This document shows positions 14,509 through 29,174 of a stretch of DNA of 64,000 nucleotides, in pieces. This stretch comes from Yuukianura sp. NJ FZ-2021 (lineage: Eukaryota): contig CM102290.1 of the NCBI GenBank assembly GCA_046563655.1, forward strand, positions 2,418,001-2,482,000. The letters run 5' to 3'. Position numbers and translations under genes: made by a program. A model generated the notes under the pieces. The model was not told the origin of the DNA. It ran no database searches and saw only the letters and a list, made by a program, of their open reading frames with translations. Within the stretch, counting starts at the first letter, position 1. Each line of letters begins with the position of its first letter.

Positions 14509-16360
14509 AATTTCGGAACAGAATAACATTTAAAAATTATTAAGGGCCAATCGTTCATCTTCTGTCGTCAGGAACAGTAAGTGTTTCGCTCGGGATTCTT
14601 CGGAAACCTGTCGTTATAAATTCGTCATCAATCAAATCTCAACTCCTCGGATTTTAATTCCGACTCTTTTCGTTAACCGTTTGTTATTATTATTAATCAT
14701 TATTATTATATTCATAAATTAATCATTGTACTAGGTAGGTTAAGCTTCGGCTTTCAACCACATTTTTGACTACCGTTCTATTGGAAACTGTTTAGGGTGT
14801 AACTAAAACTTTTAAGATTATTATTGTGCTAAAAACGAATGGTTAAAGTTAGTGTTAAACTTGTGGAAGTTTCTTGTGCAGATGCTCCGTTTGGAAATTA
14901 CTTTGCTCTGCGTCTGCCCTTACGGAAGAAGACGCAAGCAAAAAAAAAAAACAACAACATAATTTTGTGATAATGATGACTTTACCGTGACGGCGTAGTT
15001 TCATAGCTAATTACTCTTATACACTGATTTTAGGTAAAGTACGGACAAATACCAAAATGTTTTTATTATTAATTACGATTGAAAGGAAACTGTTTTAACT
15101 CCGATTTTTAGTCATTTTAGCACGTAGGACGCGTACTACACACTATTAATCTTAGTTCGTTATTTCTTTGAAAATATACCTCCAACAACCACTAAATCTA
15201 ATTGTAATTACTTAACTTTTAAGGTAATTTATGATTAATTCTACTACTACTATCAATTACTGTAACTGCTAAAAAAACTCTTTGTATGTTAAGGCTTAAC
15301 AACAACGTTTTAGTCCATTTTTACTTATTATTATCTAACCTATTTGACTATCCATTATTATTGTAAACTGCTGCATTACCTAGGGATGGAATATGTTAAA
15401 CGAAAGTACCGCTTCTCCATTTTGAATTAGAAATGTCAAATTCACAAAAAAAAACCGCCGCCAAAAATGTTTTAAATTTAACCGGTAATCAATGAACGAT
15501 TTATTCTATGTACCAAAAACACGGCTTTACCAAAAAATCTCTCCGGAACAACCACCCGATTTGCCGATATCGGAGTGAATTTGCTTTAATCAAATCTTGA
15601 ACACGGTTTTTATCATCCAGTTCTAAAAAACATGTTCACAAATCTGAGAACAGAATTTAAGTTACCGCGGCCGGATCTCTTTTTTTTGAATTTTGCTTTC
15701 TCTGTGTATACGATAAACAGTGGTGGATTTGTGAAAGTCAAAATTTGTTGTCTTTTTTTCTACCACCTTGCTCACGTAAACTAACGTCAGTGAGCAGTTT
15801 TTTAAAACAGGAAAATCTGTTAAAATTTTTTGTTTTTTTTTTTCTGAAAAACATCAGGATTCTAAAACTATTTTTTCCATTCCCGAATCAAAATTCTCAT
15901 CTCCCTGAAAAGACTGCTTCCAGACTGTCGGCCGAAGACACACTACTACTTTTCACGTTTCCATCTTCTCATCACCTTCAAAATTTCTAAAAATGAAAAG
16001 AATCTTGCATTGTCCCGCGATGTTACCATGACCAAATTTAAGACAAGTCAAGAGCCAAAAAGAAAGAAGACATACACATGCGCACTTGAGGCAGCACTAC
16101 GAAGCCTCTCATCTCTTCCAAGAAGCTGCCAACCAGTATTTGTCCTCACTGTGCATGAACATTTCCCGAAAACAACAAGGCACCACCAATTACCACTACT
16201 AAGACTATTTACTAATGAATGCTTAAGGAGTTGCTTCTGTTTGTCCGTCATCTTTATTAAGTATTTTGATCAAAAGGTACTTAAACTGTTAAAGTGCAGT
16301 CCCTTCATCATCATTTTGTTGCAAGTAATATTCCTAGCTCCTTCTTGATGGAAAAATAAA
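14509..16360 (+). other. Probable long AU-rich 3' UTR of cut
   Basis: AT-rich non-coding sequence follows the cut stop codon, with an AATAAA at ~16355. The true transcript end is unknown. Confidence 0.45.
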
Positions 16361-16689
16361 ACTGGTGTTAACTATTTGTTTCAATTTCTACGGACGAAAT
16401 TCATTCATGGACATTTCATTTTTTCCACACTTTTTTTTGTCACAAATTCCGTGATGGGTTGTTGACAACAACTTGTTGTGCAACTTGAGGAGACCTTCCG
16501 AATAACACAAATTCGAAGCCGAGTCGAAATTTTTAGGAACTTTTGAAAACGGCGTCCTTGAATTTGTTTATTTGTGAGTTGAAAAAGTTGGGTCTAAAAG
16601 TGGTCACTTATGAATGGACTATTCCACAAACTTTTTCGTCCCATTCAATAAATATAATTTCGTCCCTTTTTGAAATTTAAAATAGAAGT

Positions 16690-19600
16690 TTTGAAAATTT
16701 ATATCTCGCGAACGGAAAGCGATAGAGACCTAATCTCTTCGCGAAAAACTTTCAATAAATATGAAGAATTTTTACAAATTTTAAAAACTCCTAAATCGAA
16801 CATCAAGTTTTTCGTCAAATTTTGAAAAAAACCATGGACTATAGTCCATGGATTTTTTCGAAATTTGGCCAAAATCTGAGGGTACCTTTTTATAATTTCT
16901 AAAAATACTATATATTTTTGTGAATTCAGGAGTGAAGAGTTTACCTTTCTATCTCTTTCCATTCCCGAGATATGAATTTTGAAAGTTGTTAAAAATTAAA
17001 ATGAAATTCTGAAAATTTATATCTCGTGAACGGAAAGCGATAGAGAGCTAATCTCTTCACGAAAAGCTTTCAAAAAATATGAAGAATTTTTACAAATTTT
17101 GAAAACTCCAAAATCGAACAACAAGTTTTTCGTCAAATTTTGAAAAAAAGCAGCATGGACTATAGTCCATGGATTTTTTCGAAATCTGGCCAAAATCTGA
17201 GGGTACCTTTTTATAATTTCTAAAAATACTATATATTTTTGTGAATTCAGGAGTGAAGAGTTTACCTTTCTATCTTTTTTCCATTCCCGAGATATGAATT
17301 TTGAAAGTTGTTAAAAATTAAAATGAAATTTTGAAAATTTATATCTCGTGAACGGAAAGCGATAGAGAGCTAATCTCTTCACGAAAAGCTTTCAAAGCAT
17401 TATTAAGAATTTTTACAAACTTTAAAAACTCCAAAATCGAACATCAAGTTTTTCGGCAAATTTTGAAAAAACCATGGACTATAGTCCATGGATTTTTTCG
17501 AAATTTGGCCAAAATCTGAGGGTACCTTTTTATAATTTCTAAAAATACTATATATTTTTGTGAATTCAAAAGAGAAGAGTTTACCTTTCTATCTCTTTCC
17601 ATTCCCGAGATATGAATTTTTAAAGTTTTTGAAAATTAAAATGAAATTCTGAAAATTTATATCTCGTGAACGGAAAGCGATAGAGAGCTAATCTCTTCAC
17701 GAAAAGCTTTCAAAAAATATGAAGAATTTTTACAAATTTTGAAAACTCCAAAATCGAACAACAAGTTTTTCGTCAAATTTTGAAAAAAAGCATGGACTAT
17801 AGTCCATGGATTTTTTCGAAATTTGGCCAAAATCTGAGGGTACCTTTTTATAATTTCTAAAAATACTATATATTTTTGTGAATTCAAAAGAGAAGAGTTT
17901 ACCTTTCTATCTCTTTCCATTCCCGAGATATGAATTTTTAAAGTTTTTGAAAATTAAAATGAAATTCTGAAAATTTATATCTCGTGAACGGAAAGCGATA
18001 GAGAGCTAATCTCTTAACGAAAAGCTTTCAAAAAATATGAAGAATTTTTACAAATTTTGAAAACTCCAAAATCGAACAACAAGTTTTTCGTCAAATTTTG
18101 AAAAAAGCATGGACTATAGTCCATGGATTTTTTCGAAATCTGGCCAAAATCTGAGGGTACCTTTTTATAATTTCTAAAAATACTATATATTTTTGTGAAT
18201 TCAGGAGTGAAGAGTTTACCTTTCTATCTCTTTCCATTCCCGAGATATGAATTTTGAAAGTTGTTAAAAATTAAAATGAAATTTTGAAAATTTATATCTC
18301 GTGTACGGAAAGCGATAGAGAGCTAATCTCTTCACGAAAAGCTTTCAAAGCATATTAAGAATTTTTACAAACTTTAAAAACTCCAAAATCGAACATCAAG
18401 TTTTTCGTCAAATTTTGAAAAAAACCAAGGACTATAGTCCATGGATTTTTTCGAAATTTGGCCAAAATCTGAGGGTACCTTTTTATAATTTCTAAAAATA
18501 CTATATATTTTTGTGAATTCAAAAGAGAAGAGTTTACCTTTCTATCTCTTTCCATTCCCGAGATATGAATTTTTAAAGTTTTTGAAAATTAAAATGAAAT
18601 TCTGAAAATTTATATCTCGTGAACGGAAAGCGATAGAGAGCTAATCTCTTCACGAAAAGCTTTCAAAAAATATGAAGAATTTTTATAAATTTTGAAAACT
18701 CCAAAATCGAACAACAAGTTTTTCGTCAAATTTTGAAAAAAAGCATGGACTATAGTCCATGGATTTTTTCGAAATCTGGCCAAAATCTGAGGGTACCTTT
18801 TTATAATTTCTAAAAATACTATATATTTTTGTGAATTCAGGAGTGAAGAGTTTACCTTTCTATCTCTTTCCATTCCCGAGATATGAATTTTGAAAGTTGT
18901 TAAAAATTAAAATGAAATTCTGAAAATTTATATCTCGTGAACGGAAAGCGATAGAGAGCTAATCTCTTCACGAAAAGCTTTCAAAAAATATGAAGAATTT
19001 TTACAAATTTTGAAAACTCCAAAATCGAACAACAAGTTTTTCGTCAAATTTTGGAAAAAGCATGGACTATAGTCCATGGATTTTTTCGAAATCTGGCCAA
19101 AATCTGAGGGTACCTTTTTATAATTTCTAAAAATACTATATATTTTTGTGAATTCAGGAGTGAAGAGTTTACCTTTCTATCTTTTTCCATTCCCGAGATA
19201 TGAATTTTGAAAGTTGTTAAAAATTAAAATGAAATTTTGAAAATTTATATCTCGTGAACGGAAAGCGATAGAGAGCTAATCTCTTCACGAAAAGCTTTCA
19301 AAGCATTATTAAGAATTTTTACAAACTTTAAAAACTCCAAAATCGAACATCAAGTTTTTCGGCAAATTTTGAAAAAAACCATGGACTATAGTCCATGGAT
19401 TTTTTCGAAATTTGGCCAAAATCTGAGGGTACCTTTTTATAATTTCTAAAAATACTATATATTTTTGTGAATTCAAAAGAGAAGAGTTTACCTTTCTATC
19501 TCTTTCCATTCCCGAGATATGAATTTTTAAAGTTTTTGAAAATTAAAATGAAATTCTTGAAAATTTATATCTCGTGAACGGAAAGCGATAGAGACTAATC

Positions 19601-21830
19601 TCTTCACGAAAAGCTTTCAAAAAATATGAAGAAAATTTAGGAATTTTGAAAACTCTAAAATTGAACATCAAGTTTTTCGTCAAATTTTGAAAAAAGAAAA
19701 ACCTGGGATTATAGTGCATGGATTTTTTTTTCGAAATTTGGACAAAATCTGAGGGTACTTTTTTATAATTTCTAAAAATACTATATATTTTCGTGAATTC
19801 AGGAGTGTAGAGTTTACCTTTCTATCTCTTTCCATTCCCGAGATATGAATTTTGAAAGTTTTTGAAAATTAAAATGAAATTCTGAAAATTTATATCTCGT
19901 GAACGGAAAGCGATAGAGAGCTAATCTCTTAACGAAAAGCTTTCAAAAAATATGAAGAATTTTTACAAATTTTGAAAACTCCAAAATCGAACAACAAGTT
20001 TTTCGTCAAATTTTGAAAAAAAGCATGGACTATAGTCCATGGATTTTTTCGAAATCTGGCCAAAATCTGAGGGTACCTTTTTATAATTTCTAAAAATACT
20101 ATATATTTTTGTGAATTCAGGAGTGAAGAGTTTACCTTTCTATCTCTTTCCATTCCCGAGATATGAATTTTGAAAGTTTTTGAAAATTAAAATGAAATTT
20201 TGAAAATTTATATCTCGTGAACGGAAAGCGATAGAGAGCTAATCTCTTCACGAAAAGCCTTCAAAAAATATGAAGAATTTTTACAAATTTTAAAAACTCC
20301 AAAATCGAACATCAAGTTTTTCGTCAAATTTTGAAAAAAACCATGGACTATAGTCCATGGATTTTTTCGAAATTTGGCCAAAATCTGAGGGTACTTTTTT
20401 AAAATTTCTAAAAATACTCCATATTTTTGTGAATTCAGGAGTGAAGAGTTTACCTTTCTATCTCTTTCCATTCCGGAGATATGAATTTTTAAAGTTTTTG
20501 AAAATTAAAATGAAATTTTGAAAATTTATATCTCATGAACGGAAAGCGTTAGTGAGCTAATCTCTTCGGGAAAAAGTTTCAAAAAATATGAAGAATTTTT
20601 AGGAATTTTGAAAACTCCAAAACCGAACATCAAGTTTTTCGTCAAATTTTGAAAAAAACCATGGACTATAGTCCATGGATTTTTTCGAAATTTGGCCAAA
20701 ATCTGAGGGTACCTTTTTATAATTTCTAAAAATACTATATATTTTCGTGAATTCAGGAGTGAAGAGTTTACCTTTCTATCTCTTTCCATTCCCGAGATAT
20801 GAATTTTGAAAGTTTTTGAAAATTAAAATGAAATTTTGAAAATTTATATCTCGAGGACGGAAAGCGATAGAGAGCTAATCTCTTCACGAAAAGCTTTCAA
20901 AAAACATGAAGAATTTTTAGAAATATTGAAAACTCCAAAATCGAACATCAAGTTTTTCGTCAAATTTTGAAAAAAACCATGGACTATAGTCCATGGATTT
21001 TTTCGAAATTTGGCCAAAATCTGAGGGTACCTTTTTATAATTTCTAAAAATACTATATATTTTTGTGAATTCAAAAGCGAAGAGTTTACATTTCTATTGC
21101 TTTTAATTCCCGAGTTAAGAATTTTGAAAGTTTTTGAAAATTAAAATGAAATTTTGAAAATTTATATCTCGTGAACGGAAAGCGATAGAGAGCTAATCTC
21201 TTCACGAAAAGCCTTCAAAAAATATGAAGAATTTTTACAAATTTTAAAAACTCCAAAATCGAACATCAAGTTTTTCGTCAAATTTTGAAAAAAACCATGG
21301 ACTATAGTCCATGGATTTTTTCGAAATTTGGCCAAAATCTGAGGGTACCTTTTTATAATTTCTAAAAATACTATATATTTTTGTGAATTCAAAAGCGAAG
21401 AGTTTACCTTTTTATTGCTTTTAGTTCCCGAGTTATGAATTTTCAAAGTTTTTGAAAATTAAAATAAAATTTTGAAAATTTTTATCTCAGGAATGGAAAG
21501 CGATAGAGATCTATTCTTTTCGCGAAAAAGTTTCAAAAGAGATGAAGAAATTTTAGAAATATTGAAAACTCCAAAATGGAACATCAAGTTTTTCGTCAAA
21601 TTTTGAAAAAAACCATGGACTATAGTCCATGGTTTTTTGTGAAATTTGGTCAAAATCTGAGGGTACCTTTTTAAAATTTTTAAAAATACTACATATTTTT
21701 GTGAATTTAGCGGCGAAGAGTTTACCTCTCTATCACCTTTCGTTCCCGAGATATGAATTTTCCAAGTTTTTGAAAATTAAAATGAAATTTTAAAATTTTT
21801 ATCTGAGGAATGGAAAGCGATAGAGATCTA
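16690..21830. repeat. Tandem array (satellite): 16 full copies plus a partial copy of a ~318-bp internally palindromic monomer
   Basis: The central palindrome CATGGACTATAGTCCATG, or a close variant, recurs near 16841, 17160, 17480, 17798, 18116, 18434, 18751, 19069, 19387, 19710, 20031, 20349, 20667, 20985, 21303 and 21621. The intervening sequence is near-identical between copies. Confidence 0.98.
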
Positions 21831-22721
21831 TTTTTTCTAATTTTTCACAATTGTGCCACGTCAAAAAGTTAGAGAACATGTGAATTTTTTAAGAGGAAAA
21901 CATGTCGCGGCGGTAGAGTACGCGTGAATTTTCCGCCAGTATGACAGATGGACTGGACAGAGACAGAGGAACTCATAAAGTAGCTTTGGTAGCTTTGTCG
22001 GAAGGACAGACGGACACAGGGACATGTCCAACATGTGTTCTGCGTACTTTAGTATAATGCTTGCAACCTTTTCCGAAGTTGGAGCTTTGTGGCCATGCTA
22101 ACTACAGCAAAAGTTGCTGCCTTTTCCCATGCTCTTGACACATAGTTGCAGCTGTTTAGACCGAGCCCAAGTATACTTCTCATTTTACTTTAAGTGAAAT
22201 GAGAAGTGAGAAGGCAGGCACCCTACTCCGAGTGCCCGGCAATTTCAAATATCTCAACTGCGTAACTTAACTTGTTTTCATTACACAGCATGAAAGAAGA
22301 GAGGAGAACACCTTTATTTTACTAAATTTCAGTTTTACACAGTTTTATGCCGTGTTTTTAGTAAAGTTCAATACATAAGTAAAGTATTGGGTTTTCGAAA
22401 AGAGTTGACTGAAGAGACGTTCATCCGGTTGATGGAATTTAGTATTTGCATTGTTTTACGAGTAATTGATACAACCCGATTTGGTAGAAAGCGTTGTCAG
22501 AGGCCAGATTTTCATTTTCAGTTACTACTGGCAGTAGTCTACTGCTCCTGAAGAATTTAGGTTTTCTAATTGGGAAAAAGCGTTTTCTAGTTGTTTATTT
22601 TGTCCCATTCCAAATCACAAGCGAAGTCCATACATCGTCACACGTCGTACGCATCGATTACATTTTTGTCCGTTGCGCATTGACATTACACAGATTGGTT
22701 CACACAAATTACACAATTAAA

Positions 22722-26027
<3,306 letters not shown>

Positions 26028-26399
26028 TAATTGTGACCTTTCATCATCATTTGTATATAACATGTTGGATTGCATCTTGTACGGGATAATTATTAAATTG
26101 ATGTGAGTAATCTGTTTTCTATTATTAATAGAAACGTTTAAGTAGACCAATGATTAATGCATGCTATTTTAAAATTGTTTAAAATCTAAACTAAACAGTA
26201 GTAAATTTCTAGGCACAAAATGCAGGAAGAGGAACAGCACGTTCCAGATTCTCATTCTTTCTTAATGAACGACTTCACGAACGTTGACAGTTTAGAAAAA
26301 TGAAAAAGAAAGGATTACGAACTGTACTTAGATTAACGTGAAAGTAGTGTGACAGGGTGGGCTTCGACTGAGAATGGAATACTAAAGATAGACAGTTCT

Positions 26400-29174
26400 T
26401 CAGTAGGCACCTCCTGGACCTCCGGCATGCTCAAATGTATTTCCATATCCAGTTCCGGCACCACCGCCACGGTAAGGACGGCGATTTGATCCACCACGTG
26501 GAGCACTCCCATTTCTGTATCCGCTGTTATAGTAACTCCTTTCACCGCCTCCACGACTGTCTACCGGGTTCCCACGTCCTCCTCTCATCCCTCCGCCTCT
26601 AGGTTTATAGTCTCCTATATTACGCAAAAAAAAAAGCAATTTCAGATTAATCCCAAATAATATGACAAGCAAACTGCCATAATTGGTGTTAAATAATACA
26701 CACTTACCTTCTCCACGGTCTCTACCATCAACCCCACGGTCTCTATCACCGCCACGTCCACGATTAGATTCTCCACGGTAATCTTGATAATTCCCACGAT
26801 CTCTATCTCCTTGAGGAGCCCACCTACTCCCAGAACCTCCTTGACCTTGGTATCGATTCCCACCTCCCCGACCTTGATGGTGACCATTGGAATTTGCGTT
26901 TTGATAACGTCCTCCCCCTCGTCGAAAGTTACCCCCACTACTTCCTCCAGCGCCCCGACTGCCACCACTGGAATCTCCGCCTTGTGGACCTTCTAAAATT
27001 AAGCGTATATTTAAATTGCGAAACTATTTGGCTTCATAAATGCTGGGAAACATAATTACTTACCCCACGTCGAAAAGTTGTTCTCCACTATTACAAGGAA
27101 TTAAAGAAAAACACGTTACAATAATACTTCAACTTTTGGAAGTTAGTGTAGAGTTCATTTCTGTTCAACTTACTAAAATCGTTTCCCTCCATTCCTTCGC
27201 CAGTGTTAGCACCATATCCTTCATACTTCCCAGTCTTAACCTCCCATTCTTGTGGTTGTTCTTGCATGTCACCACCGGCACTGTCAATTTGTCCATGCTG
27301 AACAAGGTCAGACCCTTGCATCGGCATTTCCATAGAACTTTGGCCCATGTCACCTTCAGTCGGTGGGAGTGGACAGGAGCCGTTGTACACATCGGGAGAG
27401 ACCTCTTCGTGGACTTGGTTTTCATGGTGATCAACCTGTCCCAACTGAGAAGTTTGAGGAATCACTTGGTGCATAGTAGCTAATTGTTGGTTCATTAGCT
27501 GGGGCGGAGCGTTGGTGGAAGTCACAACAACAGCAGGATCCATGTCGGGCGACTCAATCATATTCTGGACGTAGCTGAAATTCCCGGACTAAAAACAGGG
27601 ATATGCAGAGGTAAGTTCTCAACTTTTAGAATTTTTGCTAATTAGTAATGTATAGGTTTAACAGAATGGAATCAGTTACTATACCTTACCTCGTTAGGAA
27701 GTTGAGCGCAGTCGGAAACAGTAGCAGTGTTATCAGAAGAGTCTGCCGATATATCGGCATCACCGGAGTCCGATTTGCTAACGTGAAACTTCGGGTTTTC
27801 GTCATAACTATATGATACGGAGTTCAACGAGAGCAATAGCTTTTTCATGTGACTGTACGTTAGTGACGTCTTCGGAATTACTTTATCCTTTCCATCTACA
27901 TTTCAAAAGTCAGTTAAACCGCTGCTTCAATACATGATAACATGAATTTAATTGAAGCGTTCCATATGAATCGAATTACCCAGAAGATTGGAAAACAGCT
28001 CATTCACATTTCCGGCATTCCAGTTTAAGGACAAATCAAAGTTCGCCAAATTAATCGGAGCAAGTTCATCGAGAGCCTGGTTCTCCTCCGGTGACAGGGT
28101 TAGGCGGCTGGGATTGGTACCGTTGACAAAATCAGCACGAACATGTGGTAGCATAACCTATATCAAACATAGGTAAGCACATGATATATCACTACACATT
28201 ATTTTTGTAAACACAATGCCAATAAATGCAAAGTTAAGTTACTAATCTTAAGTAGAAATCGTAGGTAGAAGTTACACTTACAAGCCGACTAAGCCAGTTC
28301 GTTACTATCATTATTTCTTTTGTCCGCTCCGCGTCCGCCTGAAGACGCTCTATTTGTTCACGCTTATTTTGCTTCTTCAGCATACGACTTGTCTCCAGCT
28401 GGATTTGGCTTACTTGCTTTGACAAGTCGCGCGCGAACTCCAGCGATTGCATTAGTTCACCATACTTCGCAACGGCAGCAAGTTGGTCCGCGTTGAGATC
28501 TTTGCCTTGTTCCTGCTCCTGTTTGTACCCATCCAGCTTGATCTATGCAATGAAATACACAGAAATGTAGGTTTAGCAAACTAGGGCTTCTTTTCTTTTC
28601 TGCCATGTTCCTTTAGGTTCTAAACAATAACAAGAAGATATAACATTCCAGTATTAAGAAATTCAAATTGTAATTCCAATTGCAACGATAAAGATGTGAA
28701 GTAAAATAGGAAAATAAATGTAAATGTGAGTTTATACCGGCTCGGCCGTCGACCGAACTACTGCCCGGTTGCCGGTTGCCTACCAAACCCAAACCGGCAT
28801 CATCGGCAAAAACATAACAGAACAGATACAATGTAGGAAGTCTGGATGGTATGTAAATTTGTAAAGTACACAACAATTAAGCTCACAAACTTAAATTACT
28901 CAATAGAGAACTTTGCCTATGTTATACTTCTAACTACTTTAACTTAACTTACTTGTCGTTCTTCCATGGTTATGGTTCCATGTACTAAACCTAATACTCC
29001 AGTAAGTACTCGCATTGTATCCTTTATAAATTAGCAACTTACCTTCCGTTTCTCCATGTTCCGAATCTTGTGCTCCACTAGAGTGACAACTTGCTTGAAA
29101 GGTTCCGTTAAATCGATTGGTAACTTCAGGTCTTTTTCCTGTGCAGTTGGCACTTTCGCGGAAGCCGACGGCAT
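26400..29174 (-). CDS. Capr: Caprin homolog (RNA-granule protein with HR1 region and RGG-rich tail), ~571 aa
   Basis: The protein starts MPSASAK...VEHKIRNMEKRK|IKLDGYKQEQEQGKDLNADQLAAVAKYGELMQSLEFARDL and contains LLDGKDK, a DPAVV motif and a C-terminal RG/RGG-rich region. Exons (minus strand): 29174-29043, 28542-28282, 28157-27980, 27895-27690, 27588-27174, 27087-27064, 26992-26708, 26614-26400 (TGA). Phases are consistent. Confidence 0.92.

Noticed and set aside
16010..16348. 112-aa ORF after cut as a CASP-type alternative terminal exon or small gene
   Set aside because: It has no recognisable CASP motifs and no convincing splice acceptor. It is more likely 3' UTR.
19540..19820. Monomer 10 as a distinct diverged subfamily
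   Set aside because: Many of its differences are homopolymer-length changes and small indels, which could be sequencing or assembly error. This cannot be judged without reads.
16699..21653. Repeated minus-strand ORFs (MERDRKVNSSLLNSQKY...) as a tandem gene family
   Set aside because: They are by-products of the satellite monomer. Copies vary in stops and frameshifts, composition is F/K/I/N-biased, and there is no recognisable domain.
16690..21830. CRISPR array (regularly spaced palindromes)
   Set aside because: The context is eukaryotic, the sequence between palindromes is near-identical rather than unique spacers, the period is 318 bp, and there are no cas genes.
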